DNA of 64,000 bases from Orbicella franksi. Taxonomy: Eukaryota. Numbering within the stretch: position 1 is the stretch's first letter; each line of letters starts with the position of its first letter. The notes beneath the pieces are model-generated. The model searched no databases, had not been told where the DNA came from, and was given only the letters and a program-made list of their open reading frames with translations. Where the stretch lies: NCBI GenBank assembly GCA_964199315.1, contig OZ116703.1:14942001-15006000 (forward strand). The letters run 5' to 3'. This document shows positions 9,985 through 21,225 of this stretch, piece by piece. The translations under genes were made by a program, and so were the position numbers.

Positions 9985-12505
9985 TTAGTTGCCTCCTCTG
10001 AATACCTTTGCTACTTCCACCATCAGTCTCATAGTTTGTTCACAGCTTCTCTCTTCTCTCTCACGGTCCATTCTTGTCATTTGAAGTAAAAACTCCCTGT
10101 CTTTTCGATCGCTGTCCTCCATGTAATCTTTAAGAAATTGAAGTGGTTGACCTTTCTTGTCTTGCGCACCGCTATCGTTTGCACGTCTGCTATCTCGGTT
10201 CGATGCTGTCCCGTGGGTCTCTCCCATGCTGTTGTCATTGCTACTTACACCAGAGCCAAAACGCGAATCCCCACCGTGGGATGGAAGAGCCACACTGCCA
10301 CTATTCCCCCTAGAGTTATCATGGGCATTTGCCTGACTGCTTTTAAACACCTTTGCTACTTCCATCATCATTTTCATTGTTCGTTCAAAATTTCTGTCTT
10401 CCCTCTCACGGTCCATTTGTGTCATTTGCAGCAAGAATTCTCTATCCCGTCTGTCGCTTTCCTCCATGTAACCCCTTAGAAACCGAAGCGTGGACACCTC
10501 TTCATCTTCTGCTGGCGCTTTTCTCTTGTTCCTTTTTTTGGGTGGCTCTCTCCTCTGTGGTATTTCTCTCTGATCAGGCAAGGCCTGGCTGACTTCGCCT
10601 GTCAACCCTGTGGTGGTGTCTACGTTAAGCGCTGCACTTGTTGGAATATTAACAACAACCATCTCATCGCTGGCGTTGCTGTCTTCATTCTCTCCACTAG
10701 TTACCAACGCTCTTTCATTCTCTTGAGTTACCGCTGGACTAGCGTCGGTAACATCTAAGGAGCTGTTTCCAAAAGTCTTCCCGAGGACCTCATCGACTTC
10801 GTCAAAGTAGTCGCACGTTCGGTCATCGCCTCCAGATTCGAGGATGCGCTTTTTGGTCGTCTTGTAATCGAACACTATACTCTTCATCCGCCCTTTACAC
10901 TGCTGACCCGAACGGAACGTTTCAAAACCGCACTGCGCGAGTTTCTGATTCAGCAAACGCGCCACCACATCCCAGGCTTTTGCGTTCCTTTGCTGGCTGA
11001 TGTTTTGGTACTGCTCTCCCCAGAGCGCGATAAGAAAGCGCGTCTCGGCATCGGACCAATTTGGAGATCGTCCCGGTTTGACTGGCATGGCTGATATGAA
11101 CGAATCAGCACCTCTCGATGTGGACCCACCAGAAGTTAGGCCGTGTCCGTCACGTGAGATGCTCGTAAAGGCGCTGAAGCGGGATTCTGACGACTGTTGA
11201 GAGGATATTTGGGTACTGCCAGTGGGTGGGGCCACTGTGCTCCTCTCACGTGACGTTTCAGATTGGAAAACTAGGTTTGATCCGCCTTTGTCAGATCCCG
11301 AGGGAGACAGCATTGAGGCAGCGAACTGACTGTAATTTAATTTTGACAAAAACTGTTAATTCGACAGGATGGAAACAGGTGGACATAACTGAGAATTTTA
11401 AAAAGAAGCTGTGGTTTTTTTATGCTGTAAAAAAGAGAAAAACTAGTGAAAAAAGACTGTGCTTTGCATATTCTCTCAGTCTCTATCACACTTTCGTGAG
11501 AAAGGTTTCAGTTTATTCTCATCCTCCATCCACCATCCAGGAGCAGGCTATATTGGAAAAGTGACTTGTTGGGGATTCTCCTTCAGAATAGAGTTTCAAG
11601 TCGCTCGCCAGTTTCGGAGGCTCTGATTTACTTTCCGCGACCAGAGGGGGCTAGCGGGGGGTTGATAAGAAAAACCCCACCAATCCTACGTATGGAGTGA
11701 TCTCGACCCATGCAAGCAGAATTTTACTCGATTGCTTTATCATGTTCATTATTCCCGGTATATCTTTTTCAAATTTCAACCCTTCTACCGTAAGTATTGT
11801 GTATAAATGTATCAGGCATTTTCAGTCTGTCATCAAAGAGGGTAAATAGTGCCGAGCTACATTTGTTTACATCAAATCGCCGTAAATTTTATACAGGTAT
11901 ATTCCGAACAATTTTCGTCGCTGCAAGGTTAAAAATAACACTTTATACTTGTGTGAACGCAAGCTCTGTCTGTCAAATTAAAAGCGAGTTTCTTTCCTCT
12001 TAGAAAATAAAACAAGTTGCCGCGTTTTTACGGTAAAGAAAGTGAAAATCACGGAGAATCCAGGCGTCTTTGTGTTGCTCGCTGTTTAATATTTTTTTTG
12101 CAATTCGAACCCGCATAGAATGCGAATAGTCTTTGTCTGCACTTCAATCGCTCAATTTGGACTACTTTCAAAGACACGTTCTAAAACCATCACCAGCATG
12201 TAAATTCCTCCGAGAAAACGATAAGTGCACGAGTTCTACCGATAGCTTTCTAAAAACGCTTTCTAAACAAGTTCGGGGCGAACCCGATAATAAAACTCGA
12301 TGGAGACGGATGGAGTCGAAACCCATGTGGACGTGAACATAACGCAAGCGGTTTGGATCCGTTTGCAGGTTTTGTGGCTCAGTAAAAAGCTTGTTTAGGG
12401 AGATATCGAAACGCTTGAACTCATACCTAAAATAACATGTATTAGAGAGCTTTCTTACCTGAAGCTTTCAAGGTTTGCGAGCGGACTGCTATCTGGTTTA
12501 TCCAT
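9985..12505 (-). CDS. Myb/SANT-like (trihelix, MSANTD/NAIF1-type) DNA-binding protein, Harbinger ORF1-derived, 463 aa, two exons
   Basis: Exon 1 is 12505..12459 (caaacATGG, MDKPDSSPLANLESF, CAG|GTAAG donor). Exon 2 is 11329..9985 after an AAATTACAG acceptor, phase 2 matched. The ORF-track start at 11349 is a TTG. Trihelix motif NWSDAETRFLIALW...AWDVVA...RSGQQCKGRMKSI, an NLS-like KKRNKRK, and two C-terminal helical repeats. Confidence 0.88.
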
Positions 12506-12821
12506 GTTTGAACACAAGGGAAATCGATACCAGTCAAATGTACGACGCGAAAGTGAATAAGCCTTGTCAAAACTCGCGCGCTGATTGGTTTACGAACAAG
12601 ACACAAAGAATTAGCAATTCTAAACTGGTGTAGATTTACAAGCGTCGAGAACCAAAAGCGTCCACATCTAGCTGCGTCAGTTAGACTCGTTTCACTTTGA
12701 AATTCGCTTAGAAGACGCACACCGGACTAGCTTTGGAAAACCCATTCTCTACAGCAATAAGGGTTTCTTTTGGTTGGCGAACTCAGCTGACTTCGTGGGA
12801 TCGAAAGAGCTTGAACTCTTG
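12506..12821. promoter_or_regulatory. Putative bidirectional promoter shared by the SANT gene and the HARBI1-like gene
   Basis: Only about 320 bp lie between divergent ATGs. CCAAT box (CTGATTGG at about 12581), CGCGCG, TGCGTCA and raised CpG content. Function is inferred. Confidence 0.6.
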
Positions 12822-14120
12822 ATGAAAATGGAGTATCAAAGTGTTGTTGACACGAACGGGGCTCAATTCTTTCTTTATGCTTTAGCTGCCATTCAAGCTT
12901 CAAGGACAAATAATCACCGAGCAAAGCTCATTCGAAGATATCGCACACTCAAGAAGCGAAGGATTCGAACAATGACGGCGTTACTAGCATACATCGAACA
13001 ACAGAAGCGTATACCGAAATTACCGTCTGCTCCCGAAGCTGGTCCGCCGAAAAGAGTTTGGGTTTTGCAAAGGGATCAATTTATGTTCGAGGAGTTACTA
13101 GCCGGAAATCTTCCAGAGGAAACATGGCATCAAAATTTCCACGTTTCAAAGAAGACATTTTTTAAGATTTGCGACATAGTTCGCCATGAATTATCTAGGC
13201 AAGACACGAATATGCGACCCTCTGTGTCCTTGGAAAAAAGAGTTGCAGTCGCGTTAAATCGCCTTGCAACTGGGAGTTGTTACACTGCTTGTGGTGTAAG
13301 CTTCGGGCTCCCCAAATCTACGGCGAACGTTGTAAAAAATGAATTTTGTGATATTTTGAGAAGGAAAGCGGCCAGTTTTATCAAGTTTCCAAAGAGCGAC
13401 GACGAAGTACGAAAGGTTATTGGTGGGTTTGAAGACATCTCTGTTTTCCCTCAGGTGGTCGGTGCGTTAGATGGTACGCACATTAAAATCATAGCACCCA
13501 AAGAAAACAAGTACGACTTTTTAGGGAGAAAGGTGTTTTATAGTGTTCTCGTTCTGGGGGTGGCAGACAGCTACTGCAAGTTTATTCACGCAAGTGCAGG
13601 ATGCCCTGGTGCAGTGAGTCGCGCAGAAATGCTACGGAACAGTGCGTTACAGCGTGACATTCAAAATGGCGTTATCTTGAATACTCCAGGTCGTTTGATT
13701 GACGGCAATGAGGTGAAGCCCCTTATAGTCAGCAACTCTTCTTTTGACTTGAGTTCTTGGCTGATGACACCCTATGTACCAACACCAAATGTTACCCCTA
13801 GTGAGAGCAGTTTTAATGCTGCATTGAGCTCTGCAAGAGAAAAGATTGTACAAGCATTTGGCTTGTTGCGGGGCCGTTGGAGATGTCTTTTGGAAACACT
13901 CAAAGAGGATACCCTAAGGGTTCCCACCACTGTTATTGCATGTTGTGTTTTGCACAATCTGTGCATCGACCTCGGGGACAATGCACCCGTTGAGCCTGTT
14001 GTCACTCAGGATGACATGGAGCTTTTTGATGACGACAGTGATGACTGGTCAACTATGGAAGAAGGAGGCAAAGAGTTAAGAGAAAAAATAAGAAACTATT
14101 TAGACACATATGGGTATTAG
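12822..14120 (+). CDS. Harbinger transposase-derived protein (HARBI1/ALP1-like, DDE_Tnp_4 fold), probably nuclease-dead, about 430 aa
   Basis: Intronless ORF; first ATGs at 12822 and 12828 (track start 12774 is TTG). Family motifs FHVSKKTF, EKRVAVALNRLATG, FPQVVGALDGTHI, WLMTPY, AFGLLRGRWRCL and ACCVLHNLC are present. Catalytic-site changes are described in findings. Confidence 0.92.
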   Translation: MKMEYQSVVDTNGAQFFLYALAAIQASRTNNHRAKLIRRYRTLKKRRIRTMTALLAYIEQQKRIPKLPSAPEAGPPKRVWVLQRDQFMFEELLAGNLPEETWHQNFHVSKKTFFKICDIVRHELSRQDTNMRPSVSLEKRVAVALNRLATGSCYTACGVSFGLPKSTANVVKNEFCDILRRKAASFIKFPKSDDEVRKVIGGFEDISVFPQVVGALDGTHIKIIAPKENKYDFLGRKVFYSVLVLGVADSYCKFIHASAGCPGAVSRAEMLRNSALQRDIQNGVILNTPGRLIDGNEVKPLIVSNSSFDLSSWLMTPYVPTPNVTPSESSFNAALSSAREKIVQAFGLLRGRWRCLLETLKEDTLRVPTTVIACCVLHNLCIDLGDNAPVEPVVTQDDMELFDDDSDDWSTMEEGGKELREKIRNYLDTYGY

Positions 14121-16168
14121 TACACTGTCCATTTATGAACCTTTTCTTTGCCATCGAAATTTGAATCATTGTCAGATATAACTTGTAGCGTTACATGTAG
14201 CTCAGGATTAGTACTTCTTTAAGTTCTTGTAGTCCTGTTTGTGTTCTTCTTCTGTCATTCTAAGTAAGATACAAGCACAACTTGGAATACAGTTTTGTCA
14301 TGCAAATAAACAATTTTATAATATTTTCTGTAATATCCACAGTATCTAAAGTAGAGATACCAGGAAAAGATTTTTACTGATCTTTTATGAAGGATGTACT
14401 TCATATTTTCCTCGTATAGATTTTTTTGGGAATAACATGTTCACTTCTCCATTCAGTTCTCAGTACATTCTCCTGCCAGCTTTACAGACAGAAGTTTAAA
14501 AAATTGAAAATGCACCCTCACAAATTACAACAGTCTGTATACAATCATCTCAAGTTTAGTGTGGAAAATAGTTTGCTAGGTTCCTTGACTTTGCTGATTG
14601 TGATTCAGTGTTGTCATTAAGTTTTGATTCACCTGTGGCCTTGATCTTCACACTTGTAGCAAACTTGTTTCCTTTTGAGTTAATTGTATCAACTACAGGC
14701 ACCTTCAGCCATAACATCAAGGGCCCACCAAAGAGTCATCAAACACACTTAGCCATAGCAGCTGTTATGAATTACAGCCCTTACTGACTGACAGCCTTGT
14801 TCAATTCTAGAAATGAAATTCTTGAAGAGAATTTATGAGACATTGGGAACATTTCTCTCAGTGCTTTGTTTTTAAAATGACTGAACTTAATCTACACCTG
14901 GGTTACTGGACGAGTGAAATGTCTGAAGTTTTAACTTTGCTGGATTTTGGCTAGTGGTTCTTGTGATTGGCTTGTCCACAAGGCCATCTTGAAGATTTAA
15001 TTTTTTATGTCTCCAAACTTCTCTCCCCATCTCCTTTCCCCGCCCAGGCCCCTGTTGTATAACCTTGAAGACATAATTATATTAGCTGCATACATTTGCT
15101 GTTCAAAGATTTTCATGCAATCCTCTATTGAAGTTCAAGCTTTGAGTAAGCCTGAAGCTGCTACAGATACTCAGATTGGGAAAAGCAGACAAAGTAAAGA
15201 AGTAAGCATGCTGTGAGAAAGCTAACACAGAGTGTTGAATGAGTAGAAAGTATAACACTTTTACTTCTGCTTTAATAATAAGCTGGAAAAGCAAAATTTG
15301 AAACGAGACCTGTGAAATGAGATGGAATCTGCGAATTGACAGGATAAAAGTGGCCCTAAGCGTATACAAATGCGCTGTCAAAAACAGGAAAGTAGTACCA
15401 TTCTCAAAGAGAAAACAAAAATTGATTACTACACTTTGATCACTGGTAGAGTTACTTTGCTCCCCCCACCCTACTGTTGTAATGAAGAACAGCGCTTTGT
15501 CAATGTTTGTGTGACATTTCGCGTGGCGTTTTATTATTGATTTAATAGTTTAATATTACACTTTATCAAACATGATAACATTGATTGACATTGCAATTTG
15601 AGCAGCTCGATGCAGGAATCTGTTTTCAGTTAACGTATCGGTATGGATAGCTTCCCGTTTTAAAGGTTTTTACAGTTTAATTGGACTCTGGAATCCCGTC
15701 ACGAAGTGAGTCAGTTTTAAAGTTGGCTTTTTTCCGTAACAATTGTGTAATACCGCGTGGTTTACTCAGTGAAGTCTGTTCCTGTTTCTTGGTTGATACG
15801 ATGTATTAAGGCCCTTTATTTTCGGTTAGTTGCTGTTGTTTAAGTATGCCATTTGCTGTGTTTATTTCAGATCGAATAAAAATCTTGTAATTTATACGAT
15901 TCACGGGAATTCAGAGTTAGGGACATTTTGGCGGTTTTCGTCCGACGGACCACCCACCCCATTCCCCCCGGGCTTATATGGAGAGGGACCCGGCTTTTTT
16001 ATAACTGTTCGCAAGCACGGTGGTGTTTTGCTTCTTATAACGATTACCATATTTATCTTCGTCCAGCTTTTCTGCAGAGACTGTTGTCTAGAGACGTTCT
16101 TATGTTTCTTGCATTAATTTGATCGAGCGCAGTCAAACAAAGGAGAAGGAGAAACAATAATTACTACG

Positions 16169-16796
16169 GAGGGGGACATGGGGATTTGCGGTGTTGCGGT
16201 GTTGATGTTTTTTTTAATGCGGTGATGCGGTGAATAAAATCTCAACTTGCGGTGTTGCGGTGTTCTCAAACCCTACGGTGTGCGATGTTTGTGTTTTTCA
16301 CGATGCGGTGTTCGGTGAAATGAAATTGTTTGCGGTGCTGGGGTTTTTTTGATTTAGCTTTCTGAAACCTAAATTTGACCTAAATTTAGCATGTAAACTT
16401 CGTTAATCGAAACTAATTTATGACAAACACGTACCATTGAGGTTAATAATTTGTAAAAAAATACAGACCATCACTTTCTAGTCAATCTTCAATATGCTTC
16501 GGCTGCCAATCCGAAACTGTTTTCATTTATACGTAACTTGACAAGTAACTCGACCTCTGCCACCCGGAGCTCAGTGTGCGGTAGACACGTGGAGGAGCGA
16601 GGACAGAAACAACGCGTTTATTTTGTGGAAAATTGTTGAGGTATAAAAGTATTATTTTACGTGTAGACGAACGAATCATGGCGCTGAAAGTACGTGTTGC
16701 GGTGACGGTGTTTCGTTGACTTTTCTTGCGGTGATGCGGTGTTCGTTAATTTTTTTTCCGGTGTTGCGGTGTTTAGAACCCCCAGATGTCCCCCTC
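16169..16796. mobile_element. Non-autonomous DNA element with 11-bp TIR and 6-bp TSD, superfamily unassigned
   Basis: GAGGGGGACAT...ATGTCCCCCTC flanked by ACTACG on both sides (16163-16168, 16797-16802). Repeated GCGGTG(T/A)TGCGGTG motifs near both ends. Confidence 0.8.
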
Positions 16797-17113
16797 ACTA
16801 CGGAGTGAGATTGTGCTGCTCGACGTCTCCAGACATCCACAGTTGATTTTGTTGAAGAAGATGAAACATGACTGGCTTTCCATATATCTAGTGGGTAAGA
16901 CGGCAACAACATCACGACCACGCGGTAAATTGCCTCGAGAAAGACTTGGTTAACCTTTAGATAAACGTTGGAATAGATACTATTTCGAAATTGTTTCAAA
17001 AACAATTTCGACAATTTTCTACAAAGCTCAACGCGACAAATTGCCTGATCAGAGAGGACCCCTCCCTGATGTTCTCAATTGTCACAGTAGCAGGTGATCG
17101 GATCCAACCACAA

Positions 17114-17433
17114 GGGGTGCTTTCCATGCATTATGCTAAAGATTCCGGAAATTTCGGTCGGAAGTCAAATTGAAAGGTCCGTTTCGGTTTCTTCCGACCG
17201 GAGTATTCAGGATCACCTCTGAAGGTGGTCCACTTATTTCGGCCATATTATTCCGACCGAAATTCCCTGTTCCACTTTTGACAAATTGGTTCATTGCCCA
17301 CATAGGGAATTCGGAAAAGGACTAAAAAATCTTAAGAGCCATTCCTCTTGGTTGGCCCGGTTTGATCGGAAAATGTCGTTCCATTTTCCTCGATAAGTTC
17401 CGCCGATCTCTGACCAGTCGGTTTGGCATAATG
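17114..17433. mobile_element. Truncated PIF/Harbinger-type MITE (GGGTGCTTTCCAT.. family)
   Basis: Begins GGGGTGCTTTCCATGCATTATGC with internal CCGACC/GGTCGG repeats and ends GGTTTGGCATAATG, so the right TIR is truncated. Family recognised from memory. Confidence 0.6.
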
Positions 17434-17465
17434 TCACTAGTTTCTTCCGTCAAGCTCAAAAATAG

Positions 17466-17569
17466 TAGGCTCGATTTCCGCCGCTCTCTCGTGTCTGGTC
17501 TACGTTCCTCCCTGAGATGGGGGAGGAGCGGGGGCTCCTTTCCCGAACTGCGGCTGGAAATCGTGCCTA
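17466..17569. mobile_element. Short MITE
   Basis: TAGGCTCGATTTCC-GCCGC on the left and GCGGCTGGAAATCGTGCCTA on the right are inverted ends. Confidence 0.6.
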
Positions 17570-18075
17570 TCGCAAAAGACGGTCAACCGTAAATATGATT
17601 GCTGCAATTTTTATTTAATTTTATACGCAATATATTTGCAGTTATTCCATTTGTGCATGCTAATTTTCACAATGTACTTTTTTCCTGTCACCAAATTGTT
17701 ACTATTTTTAAGAAAGCGCAAATTTTTATGTGGCAAAAATTTCGTTAGAGTCAGTAGATACCTCGGAACACCCATTTTTTTTCAGCCGCGTCTCTCTAGT
17801 AACTTAGTTACTTCCTGATTATTATTTCTTTGTGCGAGTCAGTGATGAATGAGTAGTCTAAACATTCTTTTGTGAGTGAATTTGTGGATTTTGTACACAG
17901 TGTTCAGAAATAAACATAACAAAGAAAAAGTCCGATGGTTGAATGGGTCAATCTGCGAAACACGAAAAAGCGGCTTGATCCTGGCCCTGTAAACATCACA
18001 CCAGTTTGCCGAGCTTTAGTTAACTATAATTAACAGATCTTCGCACACTACGTTGAGGTCACTTCTCAGCCGAGA

Positions 18076-19420
18076 ATGAGTTTCGTTGACGCGATTTTTT
18101 GTCTTTTCATTTGCAGCTTACTGTTTCACCCAGCCAGTAGCGTGACGAATGCATCGAACCAAGTTGCGTCCAACAAAACGCCAGTTGTTTCTCCGTCGAC
18201 CAAATGCCACAACGTGCACTTCAACAACTATTACTCAGGACCGCCAAACAAAGATATCAAGGCGCATCTCATCAAAATACAGAATCAACTAGCAGATGCA
18301 CAGAAAAAACTCGTTGCAATGACGGGGAACAAAACTTTTAAGCCAGGTAAGTGAACACTACGGATAAAATTCTTTCGCTTTCTCGTTGCTCGCTGTCATG
18401 TACTGAAATAACTCTATACTTTTGCAGTGAAGAAAAACTGTGCTGAGCTGTATAAATCTGGCAAAAGAATCAACGGTGTTTACACAATCGACCCCGATGA
18501 TTCAGGTGCCTTTGACGTCTTCTGCGACCAAACAACAGCCGGTGGAGGGTGGACGGTATTCCAGAAAAGATTGGATGGCTCCGTTGATTTCAGCACCCGC
18601 GGTTGGCCCGACTACAAGCGTGGTTTTGGTAATCTGAATGGTGAGTTTTGGCTGGGATTGGACAAAATTAACCGCCTGACGAAGGCAAAGAACAGACTGC
18701 GAGTGGATCTCGAAGATACACAAGGAAAGACTGCATACGCTGAGTACGACGTTTTTGCTGTTTCGAGTGAAAGAAGCAACTATGAACTCAGTCTTGGAAA
18801 ATAATCCGGTAGGCGTTTATGCAATAATTATATGTTTACATCGATTTAGATCAGTTTTTTCAAAGTAACAAAACCATCTAGTCTTCCTCTCAATGCCTTG
18901 TTTTGGGAAGGCAAGGATTCATAGACAACATGTACTCATTTCTACGAGTGGAAACTCCTTGGACATATAAATCAATCTGCTGAAGGTTTATCCAGGGCTT
19001 TCTGTATTGCCTAGTCTCCCTCGGCTTCACCGTTCGCCGAAAATAATCCAGGCTTACAGTTTTGCTTGTTCTTTTTCCCTCGTAGATGAAAAATAGTTTC
19101 CCCTATATATTCGTTGACTCAGTGCTGTCAGTTTTTGCACGCCTTTATTTTCAGGAACTACTGGTGATTCATTGGGCTATCATCGTAACTCACCGTTTAC
19201 ATCAAAAGATCGCGACAATGATAATTGCCCGGGAAACTGCGCTGTGGTAACTAAAGGAGCTTGGTGGTTCAACTGCTGTGCATATTCCAACCTGAATGGC
19301 TACTATTACCGTGGGCCTCACAAATCCGTCCACGACGGCGTCAACTGGCGTACCTGGAAGGGTGGAAGCTACTCCGCTAAGCGGACAGAGATGAAGATCA
19401 GGCCCGTTGACTTCAGTTAA
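18076..19420 (+). pseudogene. Secreted fibrinogen-related domain protein (ficolin/ryncolin/MFAP4-like), copy 1, with an in-frame premature stop
   Basis: Exons 18076-18346, 18428-18808 and 19155-19420. Signal peptide, short coiled coil and FReD motifs (VFCDQ, GGWTVFQKR, GEFWLGLD, FTSKDRDND, WWFNCC.SNLNG). TAA at 18802-18804 where copy 2 has TAT (Tyr). Confidence 0.85.
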
Positions 19421-21225
19421 AACTCGTTGGAGGCGTGCGTCAGTTTTAGTTTTCCGTACTAGATTAAAATATCGATAACTAGCTCCCCGATTCACTTTCC
19501 TACCTTAAATGTGATTATAACTTTTGTGGTTCTGTTCGAGATTATGTTGTACACGGTGTGGGTCAAACTTATGAAAGATGTTAGACATATTTTGTAGTAC
19601 TGTCTTCTACTTTTATATGGTGGATTTTTTTTGGTTGCTCAATTTGTAAACTGAAATGCAATTTGTTTTAGCGTGTATTGTGTTGGGCGGTTATAAACGT
19701 TTTAATATATAAAGCCGTGGTAGCCTTGTCTCCATTGATGCCCGATATTGTTTCGTTTATTTTTTTTTTCGTTTTTTTCTTTTGGTTTAAAAGAATTGTC
19801 TAAGGAATTTTGCTTGAACGCATTGAGAAATCCGCTCCAGACTTGCTACTGAGGTCAGTAAAACCAGTGTGTCACTTTGTTCACGGGACGATAAATTAAC
19901 TTCAATTAATTTTTCTTCCAACTCCTTCAGACTAAGAGAGAGCAATCATTTTCACCAAAGCAACTCGTAAGCTGTTGGTATGATTAACCCATGAAACGTT
20001 TGAGCAAAAAGTTAAAATAAAACTGTGGGAAAAGTTTCTTGTTCAAATTTATTTTTCTGGGACTGTATTTTGTGAGTCTTGGATCAATGCAGCCGTGCTA
20101 CAGGGAGAGTAAGGCATAATTTTCCTTCCAATGCCACCTCCCCCGTAGGTTTTTAAATTTAACTTTAAAAAAAATCACTTAGCCTGAGTAGTTGGTCTTC
20201 TAAGCTATGTTTCGGGGGCTTCAATACTATTTTACTTTTACCTCTCTGAGCGGGGTTTTACATCTAAAATGCCGTATTAGGTTAACGATTCCTATAATGA
20301 CAGGCATATGGGCTGGGAGCGGAGGGGGGCGAGGAACGCTTATGATTCGGGCAACGGTACTTGACAGAAAACATGCCAAACGATTTTACTTAAAACTCGT
20401 AAGGTACTATCTCTGACGTTTGACTTGCCTGAGCGGACTTTAAGTCACATGATATGAGGGGTCCAGGTATTCTGTTTAAGAAAAGCTATAAATGTCGGCT
20501 ACAAACGTGGAAATCCACGATATGGAATTTATTTCCATACCCAATTTCCCAACAGTGACAAAAGAATCAAAGTGAACGAAAACCAAGACAGACTGCCAAG
20601 ACTTTTGTTTTCATGATGGCTCTGAAAAGAACCAGTTTTTGAACGACGCAGCGAATATCCGTTTTTAAAAATTTTTCTTGAAGTTTTTTTGACGAGGAAA
20701 TAACTTTTTCTTGAGTTTCTGATTTACTAGGCTGTCGATCAAAGCCATGGAGTATGCGAGGTTTCAAAATAACAATTTCGGAGCTATAGCAGTTTTATTA
20801 GACTTGAGAACTGTGAACGTTTTTGTTTTTACCGCAATCTAAATACGTTTGTATCCCGATTTCAACACTCGCGCGTTCGGGCATGGTGTAATTTTTTCGG
20901 GCAAGAATTTTGACCACCGCCACCCCGCCCCCACCCAAGTCGGAAGGTGCCCGTGTGCCTATGGCTATAATATTTATAAAGGGGAAGAAATAAATGAAGT
21001 TCTGTCTCCTTCCTCCAAACTTTATCCCTGGCGTTTTCCGGAGCCAGTATTCTTCTTGGTGTTTACTATTTTCCATTATCTCCTTCACACTTAAAGTCAT
21101 TTAGCATGTCCGCGTAATGAAACCGCGCTTACTTTCTGATTTTAATACTTTTTCTCTAAACCAAACAAGTGTAAATGATTTCAGTCGTGTCAAGAGAATT
21201 TGATCATAGTCTCGTAGTCTTGCCT

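Noticed and set aside
9100-15600. Active autonomous Harbinger element
   Set aside because: No matching TIR/TSD pair bracketing both genes was found by eye, and the catalytic residues are substituted. A computational inverted-repeat search is still needed.
14340-16120. Short ORFs after the HARBI-like gene
   Set aside because: AT-rich, stops in all frames, and no consistent splice structure or motifs.
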